Positions 63,500 through 64,000 of a stretch of 64,000 nt of DNA are shown piece by piece; positions within the stretch are counted from its first letter, which is position 1, and the number at the start of each line of letters is the position of its first letter. Below the pieces are notes generated by a model. It was given only the letters and a program-made list of their open reading frames with translations. It was not told where the DNA came from and did no database searches. The DNA comes from Vicugna vicugna. Lineage: Eukaryota. The stretch is from assembly GCA_013265495.1 (NCBI GenBank), contig MU061441.1, positions 2,064,321-2,128,320 on the forward strand. Direction: 5' to 3'. A program made the position numbers and the translations under genes.

Positions 63500-64000
63500 T
63501 TTTAAATTGCTAATGAGAGACATAAAGCAACAATCAAAGAATTTCATTTTCTCCTAATAGAAGTTTCAAAAAAAGAGAAAAAAGTAAAGGATAAGAAATT
63601 GTCAAATAATTAAGAGATTTTTCTAGGAATTAAAGGGAGACCAGTTTTCAAATTTCAGTGTCCTATTGAATGGAGAATAGTCTGAGTAAAAATGACTCAC
63701 ATGTTGACACATCACTGTGTTACTCCAGAACTCCTACATTTAAAAGATTATAAAATTTTCCAAGAGAAAAAAGAAGCAGATTACTTACAAAAGATCTAAA
63801 TTTAGACCAGCATTAGACTTCTCTTCAGCAACATGAATGTCAGGATAAAAGGCAGCAATGTTGTCAGCATTCTGAGGTAAAGTTTTATTCAACCTAGAAT
63901 TTTATACTTAGCTAAACTATGAATGAAATGATTTTCAAATAAGTAAGACATCAGAAAAAAACACTAATACTCTTTTATTGGTTCATTGTCTGATAGCATA
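63500..64000 (+). mobile_element. Old L1ME-type ORF1 remnant
   Basis: cattagacttctcttcagcaac...attctgaggtaaagttttattcaacctagaattttatacttagctaaactat is ORF1 C-terminal domain text. Confidence 0.75.

Overview
Mammalian non-coding genomic DNA, most likely camelid (camel/alpaca), judged from a Vic-1-type tRNA-derived SINE and camelid-type L1 3' ends. I recognised these from memory; no database search was run. I find no intact protein-coding gene and nothing prokaryote-like (no CRISPR, rRNA, true tRNA or operons). Main content: (1) a full-length TUBA1A processed pseudogene on the minus strand (~29996-31671) with 5'UTR, 3'UTR, polyA remnant and target-site duplication (TSD). Its start codon and stop codon are lost and it has a premature stop and a frameshift, yet 259 codons remain open. 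(2) A CpG-island promoter (~56720-57420) with NF-Y, Sp1, NRF1 and YY1 motifs and splice donors pointing both ways; the gene is unidentified. (3) An LTR-less ERV1-class pol remnant (RNaseH to integrase) directly beside that island, whose island-proximal third is markedly GC/CpG-enriched. (4) A dense mosaic of L1, L2, MIR, MaLR/ERVL LTRs and DNA-transposon MITEs. (5) Five N-runs, all inside multi-copy sequence. I do not see a convincing novel biological system. The best leads are the ERV/CpG-island junction, the bidirectional promoter with non-coding-looking exons, a perfect Sox-Oct composite motif and the long open frame of the tubulin retrocopy. Repeat subfamily names and most repeat boundaries are approximate.
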